A DNA stretch of 64,000 nucleotides from Anaerolineae bacterium (lineage in GTDB: Bacteria > Chloroflexota > Anaerolineae > Anaerolineales > UBA4823): contig JBBIVW010000003.1 of assembly GCA_037439525.1 (NCBI GenBank), positions 124,393-188,392 on the forward strand. Direction: 5' to 3'. Below the pieces are notes generated by a model, which did no database searches, was not told the DNA's origin, and saw nothing but the letters and a program-made list of their open reading frames with translations. Shown in pieces: positions 36,904 to 46,154 of this stretch (the first letter of the stretch is position 1; each line of letters begins with the position of its first letter). The position numbers and the translations under genes are program-made.

Positions 36904-37248
36904 ATGAGTATATTGAAAATCCTTCAAATTGTCGGTGTCATCGGCACCGTGCTTACTGGCTTGATCGCCTTGTTCTTTCCGCGCAATATCCAAGGCTTTA
37001 CCGGGTTAACCGCACCTGGTGCGCGCGGCATCACAGAATTTCGCTCTGTCTTTGGCGGTGCCTTCATCGGATTGGGAATTGCCATTTTGGTTCTGGGAAC
37101 ACGAGAAGCCTACCAAACACTCGGCTTGATGTATCTGGCTATTGGAGTCATTCGGGCGATCTCCATGGTCGTGGATAAATCCTTCGAACAATCCAACTGG
37201 ATCAGCCTGGCAGCAGAAATCGTCTTCGGTGTAATCCTGGTGCTGTGA
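36904..37248 (+). CDS. small four-TM membrane protein (DUF4345-like by recall)
   Basis: 114 aa from the ATG at 36904, 1 nt after the upstream stop. It contains EFRSVFGGAFIGLG. Confidence 0.55.
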   Translation: MSILKILQIVGVIGTVLTGLIALFFPRNIQGFTGLTAPGARGITEFRSVFGGAFIGLGIAILVLGTREAYQTLGLMYLAIGVIRAISMVVDKSFEQSNWISLAAEIVFGVILVL

Positions 37249-37586
37249 TGCGAACCGCCAAAATTATCGCTCTACTAGGGCTGGCCGCGATGAGCGCAGC
37301 GTTAATATTCGGCTTTACCGTAGGAGATTTTATCTCCGAGGGAGGTCAACTGGTTTCCATGCCGTGGGGGATTGTCTCCCTGGTGGATTTGTACACAGGC
37401 TTTGTGCTTTTCTCGGTGTGGATCATTTTCCGGGAAAAATCTCTTCCTGTGGCTATCCTGTGGACCATCGGAATGCTGGTATTAGGGTTTTGGGCGGGAA
37501 GCCTCTACTTTTTGCAAGCCCTATACTTCAGCAAAGGCGACTGGCGCAAGTTCTGGTTGGGCAAACACGCCTCACGCGGGGATTAA
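37245..37586 (+). CDS. small membrane protein (DUF1475-like by recall)
   Basis: 113 aa with a 4-nt start/stop overlap. It contains PWGIVSLVDLYTGF. Confidence 0.55.
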   Translation: MMRTAKIIALLGLAAMSAALIFGFTVGDFISEGGQLVSMPWGIVSLVDLYTGFVLFSVWIIFREKSLPVAILWTIGMLVLGFWAGSLYFLQALYFSKGDWRKFWLGKHASRGD

Positions 37587-37613
37587 CTCCCGAAGTGTTT
37601 CTGGGCAATTATT

Positions 37614-38282
37614 ATGAACAAAGCACACGAGCTGTGGGCCGAATTAAAATCAGTGCTCGGCAACCGACTGTTGGATGTAATTCTGCCGCCGCTATTTTTC
37701 TTGCTTATCAATGGATTATGGGGGCTGGCCACCGCAATGGTCACTTCGCTCTTTGTTGCCGCGGCAATTTCCTATGTTCGCCTGCGGCGCGGGGAAAGCC
37801 TGCGATATGCACTGGCTGGTGTGGTCAGCCTCCTGACGGCCCTGGCGCTTACCTGGATATTAGGGCGCGCAGAAGGTTATTTCATCCCCGGATTGGTGAA
37901 CGCCGCCCTTACTTTCGGGATCTGTGCTCTCAGCTTGTTCATCAAACGCCCTCTGACTGCCTGGAGCAGTTATTTAGTACGCCGCTGGCCTTTGGAGTGG
38001 TATTGGCACCCTCGCGTGCGCCCAGCCTACACCCAGACAACGCTGCTCTGGACAGCCTTTTTCGGCGTGCGGTTTCTATGGCAATACAATCTTTTCCGCG
38101 ATAACCAGGTAGAAACATTAGCTTGGGTAAATGCCCTCTTGGGGTGGCCAGCCCTGATCATCCTGTTAGTCATCACGTACCTGGTCGGGATATGGATGCT
38201 CCGACGTTTAAAAGGGCCGAGTGTAGAGGAATTTCGAGCAGGTACCCCACCCCCCTGGCACAGCCAGCGAAGAGGGTTTTAG
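37614..38282 (+). CDS. polytopic membrane protein, hypothetical (DUF3159-like by recall)
   Basis: 222 aa with about 6 TM helices. I preferred it over the overlapping Arg/Cys-rich ORF at 37364-38104. Confidence 0.55.
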   Translation: MNKAHELWAELKSVLGNRLLDVILPPLFFLLINGLWGLATAMVTSLFVAAAISYVRLRRGESLRYALAGVVSLLTALALTWILGRAEGYFIPGLVNAALTFGICALSLFIKRPLTAWSSYLVRRWPLEWYWHPRVRPAYTQTTLLWTAFFGVRFLWQYNLFRDNQVETLAWVNALLGWPALIILLVITYLVGIWMLRRLKGPSVEEFRAGTPPPWHSQRRGF

Positions 38283-38310
38283 CAATTCTAAAATTATAAA
38301 GGAAAGAACG

Positions 38311-39315
38311 ATGATTCGAGAACAATGGTATGTCGTTTTAGAATCCAACCAGGTTGGGAACAAACCGATTAGTGCGCTGCGCCTGGGTGAAAAGATGGTC
38401 TTCTGGAGGGACGGTCAGGGGGTTGTGCGATGTGCTGTAGATCGCTGCCCGCATCGCGGTGCAGCCCTGAGCAAAGGGAGCATAACCAATAACCACCTGC
38501 AATGCCCTTTTCATGGATTTGAGTTCAACGCTCAGGGAATGTGTGTGCATATCCCGGCAAATGGACGAGGGGGCAATATCCCTAAGTCAATGCGCTTGCA
38601 AAGTTACCCTACATACGAAGAACATGGCTTTATCTGGATTTGGTGGGGAGATTCCGCACCTAAAGATAAACCCGAATTCTTCGATAACATTGGCAACGAG
38701 TTCCAATATACTTCCGTGCAAGACGCCTGGAATACACATTATTCGCGCGTGATAGAGAATCAGCTGGATGTGGCCCATTTACCCTTCATACACAAGAAAA
38801 CCATCGGTCGCGGTGGCCGCACGGTGGTGGATGGCCCGTTGGTTGAATGGCATGGGGAAAAATTGCTGTACACTTATGTGTTCAATCGCAAAGACGACGG
38901 AACACCTGCGCGCAAGCCTTCGGAGTTATCTGCTGCACAATCCAGCAGCGTGCATTTGGAATTCATCATGCCCAACCTGTGGCAAAACTATATCAGCGAA
39001 AATGTGCGCATTCTCATCGCCTTTGTGCCAGTGGATAACGATAACACCCTGCTGTACCTGCGCTTCTACCAAAAAACCATTCCCATTCCACTTGTGGGCA
39101 AGATTTTCACCCTTCTGGCAATGCCGATGAACATCTTCATCGCCCATGAGGATAGATACATTGTGGAGACACAAGAGCCAAAAGCAAGCGGGTTGAAAAT
39201 CGGTGAAATTTTAATCCAGGGGGACCTTCCCATCATCGAATATCGGCGAAGGCGCGCCGAGTTGCAAGCCAAATCAAATTCCTATCAAAAAGAAAGCAAG
39301 AGTAATGAAAAATAA
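38311..39315 (+). CDS. Rieske [2Fe-2S] / mononuclear non-haem iron oxygenase (PaO/KshA-like alpha subunit)
   Basis: The Rieske motif is CPHRG...CPFHGF. The catalytic iron motif is ENQLDVAHLPFIH (DxxHxxxxH). Confidence 0.85.
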   Translation: MIREQWYVVLESNQVGNKPISALRLGEKMVFWRDGQGVVRCAVDRCPHRGAALSKGSITNNHLQCPFHGFEFNAQGMCVHIPANGRGGNIPKSMRLQSYPTYEEHGFIWIWWGDSAPKDKPEFFDNIGNEFQYTSVQDAWNTHYSRVIENQLDVAHLPFIHKKTIGRGGRTVVDGPLVEWHGEKLLYTYVFNRKDDGTPARKPSELSAAQSSSVHLEFIMPNLWQNYISENVRILIAFVPVDNDNTLLYLRFYQKTIPIPLVGKIFTLLAMPMNIFIAHEDRYIVETQEPKASGLKIGEILIQGDLPIIEYRRRRAELQAKSNSYQKESKSNEK

Positions 39316-40573
39316 GTCCCTAACCGCGATCATCCTGGTCGTTTTCATCGACCTGCTAGGTTTCAGCCTAATCCTGCCCCTTCTGCCTTATTATGCAGAT
39401 ACCTATGGCGCCGGAGGCGCCGTCACCGGTTTGCTGGTAGCCTCTTATGCAATCATGCAGCTGATTGGCGCACCCATACTTGGGCGCTTATCGGATAGAC
39501 ACGGACGAAGGCCCTTATTACTGATCTCGGTCGCAGGCACCTCACTGGGCTTTCTACTTCTGGCTCTGGCGGACCCAATTGGAAATTTCCTGGCACAAAG
39601 CTTCAATTCGAATGCTGCGAATATATTTATCATCGCTTTGCTCTTCCTGAGTCGCATGTTGGATGGATTGACCGGCGGGAATATCAGCGTGGCTCAGGCT
39701 TACATTACGGATGTTACCGTAGAAAAGGAGCGCGCCAGAGGCTTGGGGCTAATTGGTGCCGCATTTGGATTAGGTTTTATCATCGGTCCTGCAGCCGGAG
39801 GCCTGCTCAGCCAATGGGGATACGCCGTCCCCGCATTTGTCGCCACAGCTCTGACCATATGCAACCTTGCGCTGATATATTTCTGGTTGCCAGAATCGCT
39901 CTCGCAACAGAGGCGAGATGAACTGCGCACCACCCCGAACACGCCGTTGACGCTAAACGCTCTGATTCGGGCACTACAAAGACCGTATAGCGGAGCATTG
40001 TTGACCACGCGTTTTTTCTTCAACCTGGCATTTTCGATCTTGCAAACCATTTTTTCGCTCTATGCTCTAGAGCGGTTCAGCTTATCTGCACAAAGTACGG
40101 GGTTTTTACTTACCTATATCGGTCTGTTATCTGTGTTTGTGCAGGGTTTTTTAGTAGGTAAACTGAATGCACGCTATCGTGATGATCTACTCATCCCGGC
40201 GGCTGTGAGCATCATGACCATCGCCATGCTCGGATGGGCCTGGGCTCCCAATATCCCCTGGCTGTTGCTCGTGCTCGCTCCGATGGCAATATCCGGAGGG
40301 CTTTTAAATACCTTGTTATCTTCCTCCCTGACCAAAGCTGTACAAAGAAATGAAGTGGGGGGTATTTTAGGGTTAGGAGCTTCGTTGGATAGCGCAACAC
40401 GCATCATCGCGCCCATTATGGGCGGGATGCTCATCCAACAGTATGGCACATCAGCTCCTGGTATCGCAGGGGCGATGATCCTGGCTGGGCTGTCGATGTA
40501 CGTATGGCGGATTATTTATGCCCACCCGATAGCTGTTGAAATAGACACTAGTCAAAGGAAGATACAGGCATGA
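39305..40573 (+). CDS. MFS transporter (12 TM, drug:H+ antiporter-like)
   Basis: GRLSDRHGRRP motif A between TM2 and TM3, with 12 hydrophobic segments. Confidence 0.85.
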   Translation: MKNKSLTAIILVVFIDLLGFSLILPLLPYYADTYGAGGAVTGLLVASYAIMQLIGAPILGRLSDRHGRRPLLLISVAGTSLGFLLLALADPIGNFLAQSFNSNAANIFIIALLFLSRMLDGLTGGNISVAQAYITDVTVEKERARGLGLIGAAFGLGFIIGPAAGGLLSQWGYAVPAFVATALTICNLALIYFWLPESLSQQRRDELRTTPNTPLTLNALIRALQRPYSGALLTTRFFFNLAFSILQTIFSLYALERFSLSAQSTGFLLTYIGLLSVFVQGFLVGKLNARYRDDLLIPAAVSIMTIAMLGWAWAPNIPWLLLVLAPMAISGGLLNTLLSSSLTKAVQRNEVGGILGLGASLDSATRIIAPIMGGMLIQQYGTSAPGIAGAMILAGLSMYVWRIIYAHPIAVEIDTSQRKIQA

Positions 40574-41280
40574 TTCATTACTTGAGACAAGAATTAACCG
40601 TCCCCGTTGACTTGGAGGCCATCTGGCCTTATTTCGCAACACCCCGAAACCTGAATGAATTGACACCCAGCACGATGCGCTTTGAGTTCGTTGCCGGTGG
40701 GGAGGAGCCAATGTATGCCGGGCAGATCATCGAATACAAGGTAGAGATTCTGCCCGGAATTAGGGTACGTTGGCTGACAGAAATTACTCATATGGAACAA
40801 TATAAATACTTCATCGACGAGCAGCGTATTGGTCCTTATCGCCTGTGGATCCACGAGCACCGTTTTGAAGGCGTGGAAAACGGGACGCGCATCCTAGACC
40901 GAGTTACTTATGGGCTTCCGTTTGGTTTTTGGGGTGATCTTGTGCATAAGCTCTTTGTGCGCCAACGGCTTAAATGGATTTTCGACTATCGCGCCGAGCA
41001 AATAAAAGGCTGTTTGGTTAGATTTGCGTGGTGCCATAGACCCTTTTTCTTCGCACCGTTAGCAATCACTCGCCGTGACCGTGCTGTGTTGCGGGCTATA
41101 TATGGACCGACCTTTAATATTCAGGCAGGAAGGATGAACCTGCCTTTCTCACCAAAGGATCGCATGTGGGGGAATTTCGGGTTAGCTCAGCACACGAGCG
41201 CCAACATGATATACGAAACGGAACGAATGGACTTGAGTTTCCAGGAAACGGTACGGCGCCCTAGCCGGCCAAGGTCATAA
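40570..41280 (+). CDS. SRPBCC (START/cyclase-dehydrase-like) protein with an unexplained ~85-aa C-terminal extension
   Basis: The first ~150 aa form a complete small SRPBCC domain (...RLWIHEHRFE...IFDYRAEQI). The tail has an atypical composition and runs into an inverted repeat. Confidence 0.65.
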   Translation: MIHYLRQELTVPVDLEAIWPYFATPRNLNELTPSTMRFEFVAGGEEPMYAGQIIEYKVEILPGIRVRWLTEITHMEQYKYFIDEQRIGPYRLWIHEHRFEGVENGTRILDRVTYGLPFGFWGDLVHKLFVRQRLKWIFDYRAEQIKGCLVRFAWCHRPFFFAPLAITRRDRAVLRAIYGPTFNIQAGRMNLPFSPKDRMWGNFGLAQHTSANMIYETERMDLSFQETVRRPSRPRS

Positions 41281-41298
41281 CCCGTTTCCTGGAAACTC
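41235..41298. repeat. perfect 17-bp inverted repeat with a 30-nt spacer, spanning the SRPBCC stop codon
   Basis: GAGTTTCCAGGAAACGG (41235-41251) pairs with CCGTTTCCTGGAAACTC (41282-41298). Confidence 0.8.
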
Positions 41299-41594
41299 GC
41301 AAACTGCGCCAGTCGATCCAAGAAACGAATGCAAACGTTCCGAATCAGCGTTGTAAACCCACCCAGATTCCAACCATCCGTTGGGTTTTTCAGCTTTTTA
41401 AATGCTTGGACATCCTGTTGGCGAAGCGAAACAGTGAAGTGACACTTATCAGCTCCTGAACCTACAGGTAGCTCAAGAAGAGATCATCAAGCTACTTGGC
41501 CCTCAGGCGATAAAATGCAATTGGTTCGGTTCTTAAGGCACGGAATGCGGGATGAACAAGAGGCTACAGCCAGCTTCAGCCGCAAACGATACCC

Positions 41595-44588
41595 CTAGGG
41601 ATTGACCCAGCTAAACACCTGACCGTTAAACCTGGGTAACGGAACTAGCTCACACGTTTGAGGGTTGATTAGGGCAGGGATTTGGCGTGGAAGGAATATA
41701 TAGGGAGGGTGCACCGTCACCAGAATCCAGTCACCCTCACCCGACCATAGGGGATTGCTCAGAAACAGCTCCCCGAGCTGCAGGATCAATTGACGTTGGG
41801 AATGATCCATCAGTGAAACAAACAATCCTGCCGCAAGCTCTCCGGGGACCCTTTCCAAGTAGGCTACCCTGGTGCCATCAGGAGAGATGGCAGCTTCACC
41901 ACCACGAGTGCTATCAAAAGAGAACAGACTGTGTTCGATTCCGGTGAGCAGGTCTTTGAACATCAGAGTCACCCTTTTATCTGCAGGGAGGGTGAAATAA
42001 ATTCCTGTTCCATCAGGCTCCCATCCGACCAGCCCCTCGTACTCGCCATGGGAGGTCACCTGCTGTAAGCTATCGGTATATAGATGGAGTATGTAGATGT
42101 CTGCTTGGGCAGAGCGGATGAACGCCAGAGAGCCGCCGTCTGGTGACCAGAGCGGAGCATAGTCTCCCGGCTGGGTAGCGGCGAGGAAACGATCGATGCC
42201 AGAGGTCAGATCAAAGAGATGCAAACCATCGTCCGTGCTGTAAGCCACGCTTGAAACCTGTGGCGAGAGGGCATACCACGCACCTGGAGGGAGCGCCTGT
42301 CGGTGGCTACCGTCCAAATCCGCGATAAAGGCACCAAAATCTTCAAGTGTGGAGGAGTAATCTCGCTCACCCAAATGTCCGTAGACGATAACTTTGCCTC
42401 CCACGCCTGCAGGCAAAGCTGGTGGCTGAGCCAGCGTTGCCAGCCAAGCCGCAGATGAAGCACATGCTTGAAGCTGTGACGGAGGCGGCGCGTTCGGGTC
42501 AGCATCGGGTGGTGCCCAGGTCGCCTGCCAGGCACCTTTGAGGGAAATCTGGTGCACCGCAAAGGTGAATAAACCGGTTAGCTCGCCATCTGTTAGGACA
42601 TACGAGCGCAGGACTCCCTCGGCATCGCGCCCCGAACCGCCACCACCACGTCCCTGACCTCCAATAACGCCGCTATCGAGGGTCACATGTATCGCCTGAA
42701 TGGCCGGAGGCGCCTCCCAGGTGAGTTCAAACCCTTGCAAGTCACCCTGGCGTACAAAGCGTAAGGAACGTACTTGCACAATGTATGCGGGCAACTCGAT
42801 AGGAAGTAAACCGATCTTCCAAGAATTTCCTAATTGCTGTGGGGCAGCATTGAAACCCATGGAGGCCAGGTCGATCGTGAAGGAAACCGGCTGGGCAAAG
42901 GTGATCTCGACCTGGTTCATCTTCAAAGTCAACGGTGCGCGTAAAGGGCGACCATATACTCGCCCGACCCATTGCGCCGGGGTAGTTTCGCTCAGCCCTA
43001 GCTCGTCCGCGTGGGCGGGCTCGAATGGCACATTTTCTCCCTGAGCATCCTGCAGCTGCATATTCCAGGCGCTTGAGGCTACCTCGGAAAGGCGTGTATC
43101 TTCCCATTTCAAAGCGCCAGCCAGATAATAGCCATCCTCCAGTGGGATAGACCTCTCCAAAGCGAGTTCGATACCAAATGGAGACAGCTCCTCTGCATCG
43201 GTTGTCGCATCCTCTGGCGACCAGGTCACTGTATAGACTGGCCCAGGGGAGCGTAGGATCAGCTCGGTGACCGCCAGGGTAATCTCTCCAACAGGTGGGG
43301 TTCCCTGATACTCCAGGCTGGCATGAACCATCCCTTGCCCATCCCCGCCCCCACCACCGCCCATAGGTTGTGTACCGGGGATTTCGATAGCGATACTCTC
43401 CACCTGCGGTTGTGTAGTAAATGTAAAGTCATAACCGTGGCCGGTGAAAGTTGCCGAGTCCAGTCGTACTGGAATTCCATCGATGATCACCTGATCATCC
43501 AACTCCCATTCCTGCCCTTTCTGCGGGTTGGGACCGGTATCGAATGTAAACGTTGCCTGGCTGGGGACGGAGTCTAAGCGATCGGATTGCACCGTAAAAC
43601 GAAGCGGCCAGGCAATATCCCCTGCGGACAGGCGATATGCCCAAACCATATCCACTTCTTCAGGCACATCACTAAAGTCGATGTCGTTGGCAAAAACTGC
43701 AAACTGCGCTTGTCCGCGAGCATCCGTGATCTCCACTGTGGACATAAACGCGGTGAGCATACCGCCATCTAGAAGATGCACATTGGTGAAGGTAAGCAGG
43801 AAGATATATCCATCGGAATACTCTACGACACGGTGCAGTTGAAACGGAGCGGGCGATGGAATAGCCTCTGGTTGGGCGCTCGCTTCGACCGAAGGTATAG
43901 CAGTGGAATCCAACTGCGGGGGCGTGGGGGTGGGCACATCGATCACCTCTGCTATAGCAATATCGGGCGGCGCAGCGACGAAGCGCAGGGTCAATTCCCA
44001 ATTTTCGGGAGCCTTGCCAGGCAGGGTACCTAAGAGGCACGGCATAACGAACGTGATTTCATCGATATCGGGGGAAATCGGGGCATACACAAAGCGGCTG
44101 GCATGCGGCGAGCCGCCACCGCTAATCAGCTGCATGCTCTCTCCGCTCGGCAGGCGCAGGAATGCCTGTCCGCTGCAGCCAGGGATATTTTCTTCAGGAG
44201 ACAAAGCCTCCCATGGCACGCCTTCCACCGAGAAGAGCACGACGCTTTTGTCGGAGCTAAGCACCGCCTGATGAACCGTCAGGGTTATCCCCTGACGGGT
44301 GAGACTCACCGGTTGTTCCAGGATGCGCAATGTGGCATCCTGTTGGATCACACCTACGCCAGGGATATATCCCAAAACATTGCCCAGAGCATAAGCGACA
44401 CCCGCCAGAGCGGCTAAAATCAACAATGCCAACAATACCGCTGCGACAGGGTGGTAGCGCCAGATACGCCGCAATGGCGCCTGCTTTTCTCGACTCACCT
44501 GTTCGACAAGGCGAGGGAACAGATCGAAATTGTCTGGGATGTGCGCGCGGGCAATTTCATCGAGGATTTCAGCAGATGATGGCTTCAT
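41595..44588 (-). CDS. membrane-anchored anti-sigma factor-like protein with duplicated middle domains and a C-terminal TolB/PD40-like propeller
   Basis: The ATG at 44588 overlaps the sigma-factor stop (ATGA). There is a short cytoplasmic N-terminus and one TM. Two similar domains each carry a Gly-rich loop (MGGGGGGDGQG; GRGGGGSGRD). The C-terminus has SPDGxxxAF/Y repeats. Confidence 0.75.
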   Translation of the reverse strand: MKPSSAEILDEIARAHIPDNFDLFPRLVEQVSREKQAPLRRIWRYHPVAAVLLALLILAALAGVAYALGNVLGYIPGVGVIQQDATLRILEQPVSLTRQGITLTVHQAVLSSDKSVVLFSVEGVPWEALSPEENIPGCSGQAFLRLPSGESMQLISGGGSPHASRFVYAPISPDIDEITFVMPCLLGTLPGKAPENWELTLRFVAAPPDIAIAEVIDVPTPTPPQLDSTAIPSVEASAQPEAIPSPAPFQLHRVVEYSDGYIFLLTFTNVHLLDGGMLTAFMSTVEITDARGQAQFAVFANDIDFSDVPEEVDMVWAYRLSAGDIAWPLRFTVQSDRLDSVPSQATFTFDTGPNPQKGQEWELDDQVIIDGIPVRLDSATFTGHGYDFTFTTQPQVESIAIEIPGTQPMGGGGGGDGQGMVHASLEYQGTPPVGEITLAVTELILRSPGPVYTVTWSPEDATTDAEELSPFGIELALERSIPLEDGYYLAGALKWEDTRLSEVASSAWNMQLQDAQGENVPFEPAHADELGLSETTPAQWVGRVYGRPLRAPLTLKMNQVEITFAQPVSFTIDLASMGFNAAPQQLGNSWKIGLLPIELPAYIVQVRSLRFVRQGDLQGFELTWEAPPAIQAIHVTLDSGVIGGQGRGGGGSGRDAEGVLRSYVLTDGELTGLFTFAVHQISLKGAWQATWAPPDADPNAPPPSQLQACASSAAWLATLAQPPALPAGVGGKVIVYGHLGERDYSSTLEDFGAFIADLDGSHRQALPPGAWYALSPQVSSVAYSTDDGLHLFDLTSGIDRFLAATQPGDYAPLWSPDGGSLAFIRSAQADIYILHLYTDSLQQVTSHGEYEGLVGWEPDGTGIYFTLPADKRVTLMFKDLLTGIEHSLFSFDSTRGGEAAISPDGTRVAYLERVPGELAAGLFVSLMDHSQRQLILQLGELFLSNPLWSGEGDWILVTVHPPYIFLPRQIPALINPQTCELVPLPRFNGQVFSWVNP

Positions 44589-45136
44589 TCTGCACTCCTT
44601 TCTACGCCCAGCAAAGCGCGCAAGCGTTTTCGGGCACCATGTAACAGCCACTTAATCGTCCCGCGAGAGAGCTGAAGCGAAGCCGCCATCTCCTTCTCGC
44701 TCATTTCCAGGTAATAACGTTGCACAACCACTGCTCTCTGGCGCGGGGAGAGCCGGCCAAGCGCAGCGAAAATCGCCTGTTTCAATTCGGCGAGTTCCAC
44801 CTGAGATTCGACAGAGGTCGCTTGGTGTATCAAGCCTTCCACTTCTCTGAGGTCCACATCCAGATGCATCTCCTTCTTCTGGCGACGCAGAACATTCAGG
44901 GAAGCATTCACCACGCTGCGCATCAGGTAGGCTTCGAATGGCCGACTTTCATCGAGGCGCTGTGAGGCGTGGAAGAGGCGCAGGAAGGTATCCTGCACGA
45001 CATCCTCTGCCAGCCCCTCATCCTGAGTGATCAGGAACGCCAGGCGCGCAGCCTTGAGCTGGTAACGCCTGACCAGGTGCTCCAACCCGTCAATTTCGCC
45101 ACGCTTCATTTGGCGAATAGCTTGGTCATCATCCAT
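44585..45136 (-). CDS. ECF-type RNA polymerase sigma-70 factor
   Basis: Region 2 (EDVVQDTFLRLF) and region 4 (RQRAVVVQRYYLEMSEKEMAASLQLSRGTIKWLLHGARKRL). GGAG lies 6 nt upstream of the ATG at 45136. Confidence 0.9.
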   Translation of the reverse strand: MDDDQAIRQMKRGEIDGLEHLVRRYQLKAARLAFLITQDEGLAEDVVQDTFLRLFHASQRLDESRPFEAYLMRSVVNASLNVLRRQKKEMHLDVDLREVEGLIHQATSVESQVELAELKQAIFAALGRLSPRQRAVVVQRYYLEMSEKEMAASLQLSRGTIKWLLHGARKRLRALLGVERSAE

Positions 45137-45361
45137 GCATTTCTCCAAGTCAGAATTTCATGTGTTATACACCAAACGAGCAAAAAAGGTTGGGGGAGGA
45201 GCAGACTGGCTTTTTATCCTTAGGTCCATTCAAGGGCTGGTGTTACTGCCTTGGAGTTGAGAAGTTCGGCGTCTCTACCAGATGAGGGTGGAGCAATGGG
45301 AAATTTAATCTCTTCAGCACAGGATATGAATAACCTGGCTGCAAAGCTTCGCGGAATGACG

Positions 45362-46144
45362 TCAAGAGGTGAGGCGAATGGCTTCCAGGCAGCGTTGGGT
45401 CAGCACGCCCGCCACATGGCAACGATATTCTGCGGAAGCCCACTCATCTTCAGCTTCGCTATAGGCACTTTGCGCGGCGAATGCCAGCCCATCCGCGGAG
45501 GGACCGTCGAAAGCCATCAGAGGCGCCTCCCCGAAACCGCCCAAGGCAAGACGCACTCTTCCCGAAGGCCATTCTGCCAGAGCAGCACAAACAATAGGGC
45601 GGTCCGCAGGGGTGCGCGCCACATAGCGATAAGCCAACCGTGGATGAAGAGGCAGGGACACCCGGGTAATCAAGCACCGGCGCAGCCGTTCGACGCGCAG
45701 GGGGAGCAGATCGCCCAAGGCGATGCGTTCCTCTTCGGGCAGCAGGGTAAGTTCAGCGTCCAGAGCCAGCATGGCCGTAGTAAACGGCGAGCGTCCATCA
45801 GCAGCTACGAGGGTACCCGCTATGCTACCCATCTGACGCAGGTTATGGGTGGCTTCGTGACGCAGAGCGTCTTGTAGGGCCGTGCGCAAGCGCACCTCTT
45901 CCCCGGCCGTCTCCAACCAATCTAAAAAAGATTGCAGCGTGGTAATCGCACCCAGATGAAGCACCTCTCCACGGCGTTCGATCTTGTTCAAGTCGAGTGC
46001 CTGTAAGTCCACCACGGCGAAATCCTGCTTCGAGGGACGGTTGACCACCGTACCACCCGCCATAGGCAGGGTAAGAGGGGTCTCTCTGGAGAGCAGACGC
46101 AAAGCCTGCTCTAATGTCTCCGGGCGATGATATTCGATAATCAT
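45362..46144 (-). CDS. stand-alone molybdenum hydroxylase FAD-binding subunit (CoxM/XdhB-like)
   Basis: MIIEYHRPETLEQALRLL...PMAGGT...IAGTL. The ATG at 46144 follows the upstream stop (46155). The longer ORF to 46297 was rejected. Confidence 0.75.
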   Translation of the reverse strand: MIIEYHRPETLEQALRLLSRETPLTLPMAGGTVVNRPSKQDFAVVDLQALDLNKIERRGEVLHLGAITTLQSFLDWLETAGEEVRLRTALQDALRHEATHNLRQMGSIAGTLVAADGRSPFTTAMLALDAELTLLPEEERIALGDLLPLRVERLRRCLITRVSLPLHPRLAYRYVARTPADRPIVCAALAEWPSGRVRLALGGFGEAPLMAFDGPSADGLAFAAQSAYSEAEDEWASAEYRCHVAGVLTQRCLEAIRLTS

Positions 46145-46154
46145 AAAAACATCC

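Noticed and set aside
37364-38104. 246-aa plus-strand ORF overlapping two membrane-protein genes
   Set aside because: It is out of frame with 37245-37586 and 37614-38282. Those two have proper start contexts and coherent TM helices. This ORF is Arg/Cys/Gly-rich, typical of an off-frame reading of GC-rich coding DNA.
45251-45877. 208-aa plus-strand ORF
   Set aside because: It is antisense to the CoxM-like FAD subunit gene. It is Arg/Gly/Ser-rich with no family signature.
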